From an uncultured Acidobacteriota bacterium (GTDB lineage Bacteria; Acidobacteriota; Polarisedimenticolia; Polarisedimenticolales; DASRJG01), in the NCBI GenBank assembly GCA_964383585.1, contig CAYLHQ010000001.1, positions 69,530 through 133,529 on the forward strand: a DNA stretch of 64,000 bases. The letters run 5' to 3'. Numbering within the stretch: position 1 is the first letter of the stretch; every line of letters starts with the position of its first letter. Of this stretch, positions 46,050-54,065 are shown in pieces. The position numbers and the translations under genes were made by a program. The notes beneath the pieces were generated by a model. It saw nothing but the letters and a program-made list of their open reading frames with translations, ran no database searches and was not told where the DNA came from.

Positions 46050-46673
46050 ATGGGCGAACCCGTTCTCCGGAAGAAATTGGGCAATCTCACCCTCGCGAAC
46101 CAGCTCACCTTCCTCCGGCTGATCGCGGTGCCGTTCTTCATCCTGTCGGTCCTGCAGGCCCGCTTCGACTGGGCCCTCGCGATTTTCGTCGCCGCGGGCA
46201 TCACCGACCTTCTGGACGGGCTGATCGCGCGCCTGTTCCGGCAGCGGACCGCTCTCGGGGCCTATCTCGACCCCGCGGCCGACAAGATCCTCCTCGTCGC
46301 CGCCTTCGTCCTGTTGACCCAGTACCCCGCCCTGTTCCAGGCGATTCCGATGCCGAACCGCCTGCCCATCTGGCTTACCGTGCTCATGATCAGCAGGGAC
46401 GTTTTCATCGTCTCGGTCGCCCTGATGCTCTATCTGGCGTACGGGGCGACCCGTTTCGAACCGACGATCTGGGGGAAGATCACGACGGTCGTCGAGGTGG
46501 TCACGATCGGGGTCTTTCTCCTGTTCAACCACCTGCGGACGTGGCATCCCGTGGTCGACGTCATGGTCTGGCTCGCCCTGGTCTGCGTGCTCGGGTCGGG
46601 GCTGCACTACCTCTGGCGGACGGTGCGGAGGGTTCGCGCGGAGGGGGTCGACCGCCATCCCGGCGGGGCCTGA
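46050..46673 (+). CDS. pgsA: CDP-alcohol phosphatidyltransferase (PgsA-like)
   Basis: DLLDGLIARLFRQRTALGAYLDPAADKIL matches D-x2-DG-x2-AR...G-x3-D-x3-D. Multi-pass membrane protein. The longest ORF start is TTG 46011. Confidence 0.8.
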   Translation: MGEPVLRKKLGNLTLANQLTFLRLIAVPFFILSVLQARFDWALAIFVAAGITDLLDGLIARLFRQRTALGAYLDPAADKILLVAAFVLLTQYPALFQAIPMPNRLPIWLTVLMISRDVFIVSVALMLYLAYGATRFEPTIWGKITTVVEVVTIGVFLLFNHLRTWHPVVDVMVWLALVCVLGSGLHYLWRTVRRVRAEGVDRHPGGA

Positions 46674-46678
46674 GCCGC

Positions 46679-49081
46679 TTGGAATCCCCTCCCCGGATTC
46701 CGCTCGACCTCGATCCGGCGACGCGGGCCGCCCTCGAGCTCGACGCCGTCCTCGAGTCGGTCGCCGCCCACGCGTCGACCCTTCCGGGCGCGCGGATGCT
46801 GAGGGAGGCCTGCCCCGTCTCGAGCCTCGACGCGATCCGGAGCGAGCTGTCCGGCGTCGAGGAGGCCCGCGAGGCGCTCCGCACCGACGGGAGGCTCCTT
46901 CCGGCCCGCCTTCCCGATCCGCGCCCGGCGCTCGCGAACCTGGCGGTCCCGGGGTGCGCCGTCGAGCCCCTCGCGCTCCGCGACCTCGCGAGCGTTCTCG
47001 TCGTCGCGGCCGACCTGCGCCGGTTGCCCGCCGAGGGGGGACCTCCGCGGCGTCCGGTGCTCGACGCGATCCGCAGGCGGATCCCCGACCTCGCGGAGCT
47101 CGCGCGTCCGGTGGTGCGCCATGTGGAGGCCGACGGGACGCTCGGGGAAGGCGCGAGCGCCGAGCTCGACCGGCTTCGAAGGGCGATCGCGCGAACGGGG
47201 GAGAAGCTCAGGAGGCAGATGGAGTCGTTCCTGCACGACCCTTCGGCGGGGGCGGTCGTCCGCGACGACTTCGTGACCCGAAGGAACGGTCGCTTCGTGA
47301 TCCCGATCCGCGCCGACGCGCCGAAGCAGGTGCGCGGGATCGTGCACGGTGCCTCCTCGTCGGGTGCGACCCTGTTCGTCGAGCCCTTGGAAGCGGTCGA
47401 GTGGAACAACGAGCTCGTCCGGCTGGCGGAAGCGGAGGCGGCGGAGGGGGAGCGCGTGATCCACCGCTGGAGCGAGCGCTTCCGGGACCGCCTCGAGGAG
47501 GTCGAGGTCGCCGTCGACGCCCTCGTTCGGATCGACACGCTGCAGGCACGAGCCCTCTGGGCGAACGAGGAGGGGGCCGTCCGGCCGGCCGTCGAGGAGG
47601 ACGGACCGTTCGACCTGGTGGGGCTCAAGCATCCGCTCCTCGATCGCCGCCTCCGCGAGACGGGGGCGGGGGGATGCGTTCCGATCCGGCTCGTCCTCGA
47701 CCCGGGATCGAGGGTCCTCGTCCTCTCGGGTCCGAACGCCGGGGGGAAAACCGTCGCGCTCAAGGCGACGGGCCTCGCCTTCGCCCTCGCCCACTGCGGC
47801 ATCCCGGTGCCGGCCTCCGAGGCATCGTTGCCGCGCCTCGCGCAACTCCGGGCCGACATCGGGGACCACCAGTCGATCGACGCCGATCTCTCGACGTTCT
47901 CCGCACACCTTCGAGCGGTCGGCGAGTGGCTCGCGACGGTCCGTCGTCCGGCCCTCTTCCTCTTCGACGAAATCGGGACCGGAACGGAGCCGGCCGAGGG
48001 GGCGGCCCTCGCCCAGTCCGTCCTCGAGCGGCTCCGCGATCTCGGGGTGACCGTGGTCGCGACCACCCACCAGGCACCGCTCAAGAGTTGGGCGATGACC
48101 GCCCGGGGGGTTTCGAGCGCGGCGCTCGAGTTCGACGAGGTGCGCCTTCGCCCGACCTACCGGGTGGTTCCCGGCGTCGCCGGGACCTCGGCCGGAATCG
48201 AGATCGCGGCTCGGCTCGGCCTTCCTGCGGAACTCGTCGATCGCGCGAAGGAAATCCTCGGAACGGGCGGGCGTGAAGCCGAAACCCTCCTCGCCCGGCT
48301 GCGCGGGCTGACCGCATCCCTCGAGGAGCGATCCTCCGCCCTCGCGACGGCGGAGGCCGACCTCGCGCTCGAGAGGGCGCGGTTCGAGGAGCGCTCCCGC
48401 CGCGAGGCGGAGAAACGCCGCGAGGAGGCGGCGCGCGTCCTGGAGGGGCTCGTTGCCGACTTCCGGAGGGAGGCGGAGAGGGAGATCGCCGGACTGACGG
48501 ATCGGAAGCTCCGGGCGAAGCTCGAAAAGGAACGGATCCGTGCCGAGTCGCGCCTCCGGTCGAAGGCGGCCGAGGCGCAGGCTCGGGTCGCGCCGGAGGA
48601 GGTTCGCGTCCCCACGCGGCCGGAATCGTTCGCTCCGCGCGCGGGGGAGCGGGTCCGCGTCGTCTCCCTCGAGCGGGATGGCGTGGTGGCCGCCCTGCGC
48701 GGAGACCGGGTCGAGGTTCTCCTCGGAAGCGTCGGGATGACGGTCCGCGCGGCCGATCTCGCTCCGGCCGGGGGGGACAACGCCGCTCCGGAGGGCGCGG
48801 CGGCCCGGCCCGCGGTGACCGAGCGCGATCTCGAGGGGCCGGGCGCCGAGTTGCACCTGCTCGGGATGACGGTGGAGGAGGCCCTTCCCGCGGTCGACCG
48901 CTATCTCGATCGGGCGTCGAGGGGGGGGATCGGCGAGGTTCGATTGATCCATGGCCACGGGACCGGCCGCCTCCGCGCGGCCGTCCGGTCTCACGTGAAA
49001 GGGCATCCCCTCGCCGTGTCGTTCCGGCCCGGAGGGCCGGGGGAAGGGGGGGACGGCGTGACCGTCGTCCGGCTCCGCTGA
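46679..49081 (+). CDS. mutS2: Endonuclease MutS2 (MutS domain V ATPase plus C-terminal Smr)
   Basis: Walker A GPNAGGKTV, DEIGTGTEP, a long coiled coil, and the Smr domain LHLLGMTVEEALPAVDRYLD...IHGHGTGRLR. Start assigned to TTG 46679, just after the pgsA stop. Confidence 0.85.
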   Translation: MESPPRIPLDLDPATRAALELDAVLESVAAHASTLPGARMLREACPVSSLDAIRSELSGVEEAREALRTDGRLLPARLPDPRPALANLAVPGCAVEPLALRDLASVLVVAADLRRLPAEGGPPRRPVLDAIRRRIPDLAELARPVVRHVEADGTLGEGASAELDRLRRAIARTGEKLRRQMESFLHDPSAGAVVRDDFVTRRNGRFVIPIRADAPKQVRGIVHGASSSGATLFVEPLEAVEWNNELVRLAEAEAAEGERVIHRWSERFRDRLEEVEVAVDALVRIDTLQARALWANEEGAVRPAVEEDGPFDLVGLKHPLLDRRLRETGAGGCVPIRLVLDPGSRVLVLSGPNAGGKTVALKATGLAFALAHCGIPVPASEASLPRLAQLRADIGDHQSIDADLSTFSAHLRAVGEWLATVRRPALFLFDEIGTGTEPAEGAALAQSVLERLRDLGVTVVATTHQAPLKSWAMTARGVSSAALEFDEVRLRPTYRVVPGVAGTSAGIEIAARLGLPAELVDRAKEILGTGGREAETLLARLRGLTASLEERSSALATAEADLALERARFEERSRREAEKRREEAARVLEGLVADFRREAEREIAGLTDRKLRAKLEKERIRAESRLRSKAAEAQARVAPEEVRVPTRPESFAPRAGERVRVVSLERDGVVAALRGDRVEVLLGSVGMTVRAADLAPAGGDNAAPEGAAARPAVTERDLEGPGAELHLLGMTVEEALPAVDRYLDRASRGGIGEVRLIHGHGTGRLRAAVRSHVKGHPLAVSFRPGGPGEGGDGVTVVRLR

Positions 49082-49495
49082 TCACTCTCCGGAGAAGATC
49101 GACGTCCAGTATTCGAGATCTTCCCGTTCCCGCGGCTTTTCTTCCCCGACGTCCGGCTCGTCGATCTCCCGCCGGAAGACGGCGCATCGCACGACCCGGG
49201 CGCCCGCCGTGCGACACCGGTCCCCGAGGGGCCGGTCGTCGGTGACGACGGTCCACCCCTTGGGATCGGTCGAGCGGAGGACGCGCGCGCGAATGACGTC
49301 GTCCGCGCGCGCGCCGGGCCCCGACCAGATCACCTCTCCCGGGAAGGGTACTCCCGGATCGGGCCCGTCGAAGACGAGGAGGATCGGCCGTCCGAGACGC
49401 CGGCTCAGCGAGGCGACGGCGGAGGCGAGGCGTCGCTTCCGCACGTCGTCGCGTCGCGAGCCGAGCACGTTGTCCCCGTCGACGATCCAGGGCAT
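49082..49495 (-). CDS. NYN/PIN-like YacP (Rae1-like) family protein
   Basis: MPWIVDGDNVLG...ILLVFDG...ADDVI...VVTDDRPLGD parallels the LLVDGYN...VVFDA...ADE.I...VATSD pattern of B. subtilis YacP. The ATG at 49495 is preferred over the longest ORF start (49555). Confidence 0.55.
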   Translation of the reverse strand: MPWIVDGDNVLGSRRDDVRKRRLASAVASLSRRLGRPILLVFDGPDPGVPFPGEVIWSGPGARADDVIRARVLRSTDPKGWTVVTDDRPLGDRCRTAGARVVRCAVFRREIDEPDVGEEKPREREDLEYWTSIFSGE

Positions 49496-49505
49496 GGCGG
49501 TTTCC

Positions 49506-50981
49506 TCACTCGGCGAGGCGGGTGCGGAGGAGGGGGCCGGGCTCGTCGGGAACACGCCCTCCCGCTTCCGCCTCCTCGAGGAGACGAACCGTCTCCGCGT
49601 CGTCGGGGTCCCAACGGCGGGCCTCCCGGAGGAGGCGGCAGCCGGCCGCCCGCATCTCCGCGCGGAGGTAGATCTCCCCGAGGCCGCGATACGCGGGGGC
49701 GAGGCTCGGCGCGAGGTCCGCCGCGCGAAGGAGATGTTCCTCCGCCTCCCTCCGCCGTCGCGGGTTCCTCGCGAGGAGAAGGCCGAGCTCGAGGCGGTAC
49801 TCCGGCCGGTTCGGGTCCTGCTGCACCGCGCTTTCGAGGAAACCCGCCGCTTCGTTGAATCTCCGCTGCGTGGCGAGAGCCCTCCCCTTGAGGAAGTTCT
49901 GACGGGCGACCTGCGCCGTGTCGGTTCGCTGCGTTTCCTGCGTCGCGGAGGCTCCGGCCCGGTCGTATTCCGCGCGCTGCTGGGGATCGCCGAGAACGTT
50001 GTGGGCCTCCGTCACGAACGCGAAGAACGCCTCGAACTTCGGCAGGAGATCCTGGAGCTCGCCGGAGCGGAAGCGGTCGGGGTGGTACCTGCGGGCGACG
50101 GCGTAGTACGCCGAGCGGACCGTGTCGGGCGAGGCGTCGCGGGAGATGCCGAGCACCGCATAGTGGTCGCCCGAGGCGGCCGACGCAAGACGCGCGAGGC
50201 ACTCCTCGCGCGTAAGCGGGGCGTCGGAGGCCGCACGCACCTTGGGACGGGCGGCCTCGACCACCCCGGCGAGCATCAAGGCGTAGAGCGAACGGAGGGT
50301 TCGGTTGCGGTCGGGGGCGCCGTCCGCGAGGACGGGAAGCGGCGTGGCGCCGTCGCAGCGCGCGAGGATCTCTCGGAGGTGGGGATCGAGGTCGAGGCCC
50401 GCGAGGATCCGGTCGGCGTCGTCCGTCCGCGCCGGCCGGACGTCGGGGGGGCCGAGCCGCATGCGCACGGCGTCGGAGGAGACGGGGAATCGGCGGCAGT
50501 GCGCGAGGATCATCTCGAACGGGGAAAGACGGAAGATGATCTCGCCGTCGAGGTCCGGCTTTCCGCGCTCGAACCGCGCGGTTCCATCCGGCCATTCGAG
50601 GGTCGAGGAGAGGAGTTCCCGGGCAAGATCTTCCGCCGCTCCGACGAGCAGGGCGCGATCGATCCCGCCTTCTTCGCGCAGGATCTCCCCGAGCTTCCGC
50701 CGTTCTCCCGTCGCGCGCACGACGAGTGCCGCGCGGGAGGCCGGGGAAAGGAGCCGCCTCCTCACCAGGTACTCCCCGAACTGTTCTTCGAGGAGGTTCG
50801 AGGCGACGAAGACGAGGGCGCCCGTGTCGAGGCAGAAGAGGCGGCGGAGCTTTCCGCGCTCGGCGCGGACGATCCCCGACTCGCCCCTCGCGGCGTGGAT
50901 GGAGAGGAGGCGGGCGACGCTCCGGTCGGGGCGCTCCGCGCCGCTCAACGCCCCCCCCCGCGCCCGAGGGACTCCGCCCAT
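49506..50981 (-). CDS. J-domain protein with an N-terminal DUF4388-like domain and C-terminal TPRs
   Basis: DHYAVLGISRDASPDTVRSAYYAVARRYHPDRF (HPD motif). N-terminal GKLRRLFCLDTGALVFVASN pattern. TPR-like C-terminus. Confidence 0.7.
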   Translation of the reverse strand: MGGVPRARGGALSGAERPDRSVARLLSIHAARGESGIVRAERGKLRRLFCLDTGALVFVASNLLEEQFGEYLVRRRLLSPASRAALVVRATGERRKLGEILREEGGIDRALLVGAAEDLARELLSSTLEWPDGTARFERGKPDLDGEIIFRLSPFEMILAHCRRFPVSSDAVRMRLGPPDVRPARTDDADRILAGLDLDPHLREILARCDGATPLPVLADGAPDRNRTLRSLYALMLAGVVEAARPKVRAASDAPLTREECLARLASAASGDHYAVLGISRDASPDTVRSAYYAVARRYHPDRFRSGELQDLLPKFEAFFAFVTEAHNVLGDPQQRAEYDRAGASATQETQRTDTAQVARQNFLKGRALATQRRFNEAAGFLESAVQQDPNRPEYRLELGLLLARNPRRRREAEEHLLRAADLAPSLAPAYRGLGEIYLRAEMRAAGCRLLREARRWDPDDAETVRLLEEAEAGGRVPDEPGPLLRTRLAE

Positions 50982-52222
50982 CTCCGGCAGAGGTCCGCGT
51001 ATCCCTGGCCGTAGACCGCGGAGAACGCCTCATCCTCGGGAACCCCCTCCCCGAGCCGGTCGAGGAGCGACACCAGCGTCGAGAAGCCGCGTTCGGCCTC
51101 GATCCAGCGCACGAGAGAGAGGGCGGCGGGATAGGAGAAGGCGCGCCGATCCCAGTCGGCCGGATCGCCGTTTCGAACCCGATCCCACACCTCCGCGGTC
51201 TGGACGGAGGTGAGCGGGCGTGGCTCCGCCCACTGCGCGAGCCCCTCATGGAGCCAGCGCGGGGCCTTTCCGCGGGTCTTCGAGTGGACGATCGCGTGGG
51301 TCAGCTCGTGGGAGAGGACCCTCGCGAGCGCGGGGTCGAGCCGCGTCACCCCGCCGAGGGGAACGCGGACCTTCCCGTCGTACACCCCCCCCACCTCGTC
51401 GGGAGCCTGCGTGACGTCCCGGAACGCCCGTTCGGGATACAGGATCACGGTCACGGGCTGAGACGGGGCGTGGCGGAACGCGGAGGTGAGGTCGCCCCAG
51501 CGTTCCTCCAAGAAATCGAGGATCGCCCCCGCGAACTCGGTCTCGAGGTCCCCCTCGTGGCGCACGGTGAAATGGGCGGTCGCGGCGAACGCGTAGTCAC
51601 GCCCGGCGGCGAGCTCCCGCTCCGCTTTCGCGATCTTCTCCGCGAGTCGCGCGTCCGGCGCGCGCTCCCCGGCCTCGCGCCAAGCTCGTAGGGCGTCGTC
51701 GACCCGCTCCTCCCGGTCACGCAGATCGCCGAGGATCTCGAGCAACCTGGGATCGTGCGGGTGGAGGGCGAGGCCGTCGAGCACCGCCGCGAGGGCCACC
51801 GGGTCGCGACCTCTCGCGATCTCGGCGAGAGCGTATCCGACCCGCACGTCGAGCTTCTCGGGGCGTTCGGCGAGGGCGCGGTGGAACAGGGTCGCCGCGC
51901 GGTCGGCGTCGCCCGCTCGAAGGGCGTGGGCCGCTTCCACCAGCGGCGATGACTCGTCCGCGACGGAGGAAGGAGCCGGGGACGGAGCTCGAGAGGCCAC
52001 CGCATTCGCAGCGGGCCGGTCGACGCTCTCCACCCGCACCACGAGGTCGAGCGGGATCCCGATACTGCCGGTCTCCGTCTCGAGGATCAGGTTTCCCCCC
52101 TCGGCCCAGGCCCGGTCGGCGTTCATGGTTCCGCCGGCGACGAAATGGACACGCACGGCCGCCGCGGACACGCCGAGCGAGGCGAGCCATGTCGCGAAGA
52201 GGATCGCGGCCTTCCGCGTCAC
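50945..52222 (-). CDS. Secreted peptidase MA-like (gluzincin HExxH...E) protein with TPR-like region
   Basis: HELTHAIVH followed by WLHEGLAQW. GTG start at 52222 with GGAG upstream. Signal-like segment AAILFATWLASLGVSA. Confidence 0.6.
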   Translation of the reverse strand: MTRKAAILFATWLASLGVSAAAVRVHFVAGGTMNADRAWAEGGNLILETETGSIGIPLDLVVRVESVDRPAANAVASRAPSPAPSSVADESSPLVEAAHALRAGDADRAATLFHRALAERPEKLDVRVGYALAEIARGRDPVALAAVLDGLALHPHDPRLLEILGDLRDREERVDDALRAWREAGERAPDARLAEKIAKAERELAAGRDYAFAATAHFTVRHEGDLETEFAGAILDFLEERWGDLTSAFRHAPSQPVTVILYPERAFRDVTQAPDEVGGVYDGKVRVPLGGVTRLDPALARVLSHELTHAIVHSKTRGKAPRWLHEGLAQWAEPRPLTSVQTAEVWDRVRNGDPADWDRRAFSYPAALSLVRWIEAERGFSTLVSLLDRLGEGVPEDEAFSAVYGQGYADLCRRWAESLGRGGGR

Positions 52223-52761
52223 GGAACGATCTCCGCCACCCGGCGCGGCGCGGGCTTCGCTCCGTCCCGGAGGCCCCACGGGATCTCCGCCGAGCGCGCT
52301 TCGGACTCGGTCGAGAACCGCCCCCAGCAGACCCGGAAGCACGCACGGTCGCCGAGTTCGGCGGGGAGCACGTAGACGCGGGGATCGTCACCGGCGCGCA
52401 CGACGAAGGCTTCCGCTCCCGCGGGCTCGCACAGGACCGCGAGTTGGGCCGTCCAGTCCCCCCCGCCGGACGAAAGCCGCCTCGCGTCTCTCATCGCCCG
52501 CTCCGCCATGCGGGACGCGGGGCCGGAAGGGATCGGCGGGGGGGTGGGGGGAGGGGGCGGCCCGACCTCGATCGCGGCTCTCGGTGCCGGTTCGGGTGGG
52601 GGAGGAACGATCTCCACGGGCGGGCCGGTCCGGAGGGCGAAGCCGAGGAGGAGAGTGCCGACGACGGCGGCGACCCAGAGCATCGATCCGGCCAGACGCC
52701 CGTCTCCCTCCGGGGCTCCCTCGCGGCGACCCCTGCCCGTTCCCGATCGTGATTCGGCCAT
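52219..52761 (-). CDS. Membrane-anchored proline-rich protein with a C-terminal SPOR-like domain
   Basis: One TM segment (MLWVAAVVGTLLLGFAL), a PPPPEP...PPPPPTPPPIP linker, and a C-terminus WTAQLAVL...FRVCWGRFSTESEARSA. Confidence 0.45.
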   Translation of the reverse strand: MAESRSGTGRGRREGAPEGDGRLAGSMLWVAAVVGTLLLGFALRTGPPVEIVPPPPEPAPRAAIEVGPPPPPTPPPIPSGPASRMAERAMRDARRLSSGGGDWTAQLAVLCEPAGAEAFVVRAGDDPRVYVLPAELGDRACFRVCWGRFSTESEARSAEIPWGLRDGAKPAPRRVAEIVP

Positions 52762-52810
52762 GGCGACCCAGCCAATATAGGCGAAGGTCCCCGCCGAGGC
52801 TTCCGAAGCC

Positions 52811-53512
52811 TCAGCGGATGACGGTGAAGAGGCGCCCCCAACGGATCATCGCGGGGGCCGTCAGGATCGCGCGGAGCGCGCGACGGAGGCGGTCGTGCCC
52901 CGCGGCGGGCGTTCCGCCCCCGTCGTTGTTCACGGAAAGCCAGATCAGGAGCGCCCGGCCCTTGATCAGCTCCCTCGGAAGCTGCCCCCAGACGCGGCTG
53001 TCCGCGCTGCTCGCGCGGTTGTCCCCCATGACGTAGTAGTGCCCTGGCTTCACCCGGATCGGGGCCATCACCTCGCGGCTGTTGACGTGTTCCGGGATGA
53101 CGTAGGGCTCGTCGAGGGGTTCGCCGTTGATGAGCACGACGCCGCGTCGGATTTCGAGGAGGTCGCCGGGGAGGCCGATCACCCGTTTGATGTAATCGGT
53201 CTCGGGCTGCTGCGGGAACTTGAAGACGACGATGTCCCCGCGCCGGATGTCGCGCATCGGAAGGAGCGAGCGCTCGAGATCCGACGACGCCGGGGCGTAG
53301 ACGAACCGGTTGACCATGATGTAGTCGCCGATCAAGAGGGTGTCGAGCATCGAGCCGCTCGGGATCTTCGACTGCTGGAAGACGAACGCCCGCGTGAAGA
53401 GAACGAAGATCACGCAGACGAGGATCGTGTCGACGTAGTCGCGGACCACCCCCTTGGGGTGGATCTCGGCGGCGACGTCCCTCTGGTCGGCGTACCCGCT
53501 CCGGCTACCCAA
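52811..53512 (-). CDS. lepB: Signal peptidase I
   Basis: Catalytic SGSMLDTL, YIKRVIGLPGD and GDNRASSADSR. Confidence 0.95.
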   Translation of the reverse strand: MGSRSGYADQRDVAAEIHPKGVVRDYVDTILVCVIFVLFTRAFVFQQSKIPSGSMLDTLLIGDYIMVNRFVYAPASSDLERSLLPMRDIRRGDIVVFKFPQQPETDYIKRVIGLPGDLLEIRRGVVLINGEPLDEPYVIPEHVNSREVMAPIRVKPGHYYVMGDNRASSADSRVWGQLPRELIKGRALLIWLSVNNDGGGTPAAGHDRLRRALRAILTAPAMIRWGRLFTVIR

Positions 53513-54065
53513 CGTCCCCTCTCTGCGCGGCGACCGCCGCGTCGGCCTCCGCGGCGGCCTCCTCCGCGCTCGCCGCCGCCTTCGTCATCCGCAACTGCTC
53601 GGGCTCGATCCACCCGTCGCACACGAGATGGCGCAGGAGTCCGACCCAAGCGTCCCCCAACAGTACCACGCGACGGCCCACGAGGGCTCCGGCGCGGTGG
53701 AGCGCCCAGACGAGGGAGAGTTCGGCGAGTGTCCCCGACTTTCCCCTGAGGACGACGTAGGCGTCGGCCCTCTCGACGAGGGTGCGGGTCCGCTCGAAGA
53801 GATCGAGGGCACGGATTTCCTCCCGGAGGTAGGCGTTCGGAACGCGCGACGGGAAGATCGCGCAGGTGACCCCGATGGTTTTCCCCCCCGCCTCGAACGC
53901 CCCCCGGCTCGCCGCCTCCATGACCCCCCCGTACCCGCCCGTGATCACGCCGTGTCCCGAGGCGGCGAGAAGGCTGCCGAGGCGCCTGGCCTCCTCGTAG
54001 AGCGGATCTCCCTCCCCGGCTTCCGAAGAGCCGAAAACCGCCACCCAGGTGCCGTCCGCCCGCAT
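53505..54065 (-). CDS. LOG/TIGR00725-family Rossmann-fold nucleotide-binding protein
   Basis: VITGGYGGVMEAASRGA and LRGKSGTLAELS motifs. The ATG at 54065 overlaps the ggt stop (TGATG). Confidence 0.7.
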   Translation of the reverse strand: MRADGTWVAVFGSSEAGEGDPLYEEARRLGSLLAASGHGVITGGYGGVMEAASRGAFEAGGKTIGVTCAIFPSRVPNAYLREEIRALDLFERTRTLVERADAYVVLRGKSGTLAELSLVWALHRAGALVGRRVVLLGDAWVGLLRHLVCDGWIEPEQLRMTKAAASAEEAAAEADAAVAAQRGDVG

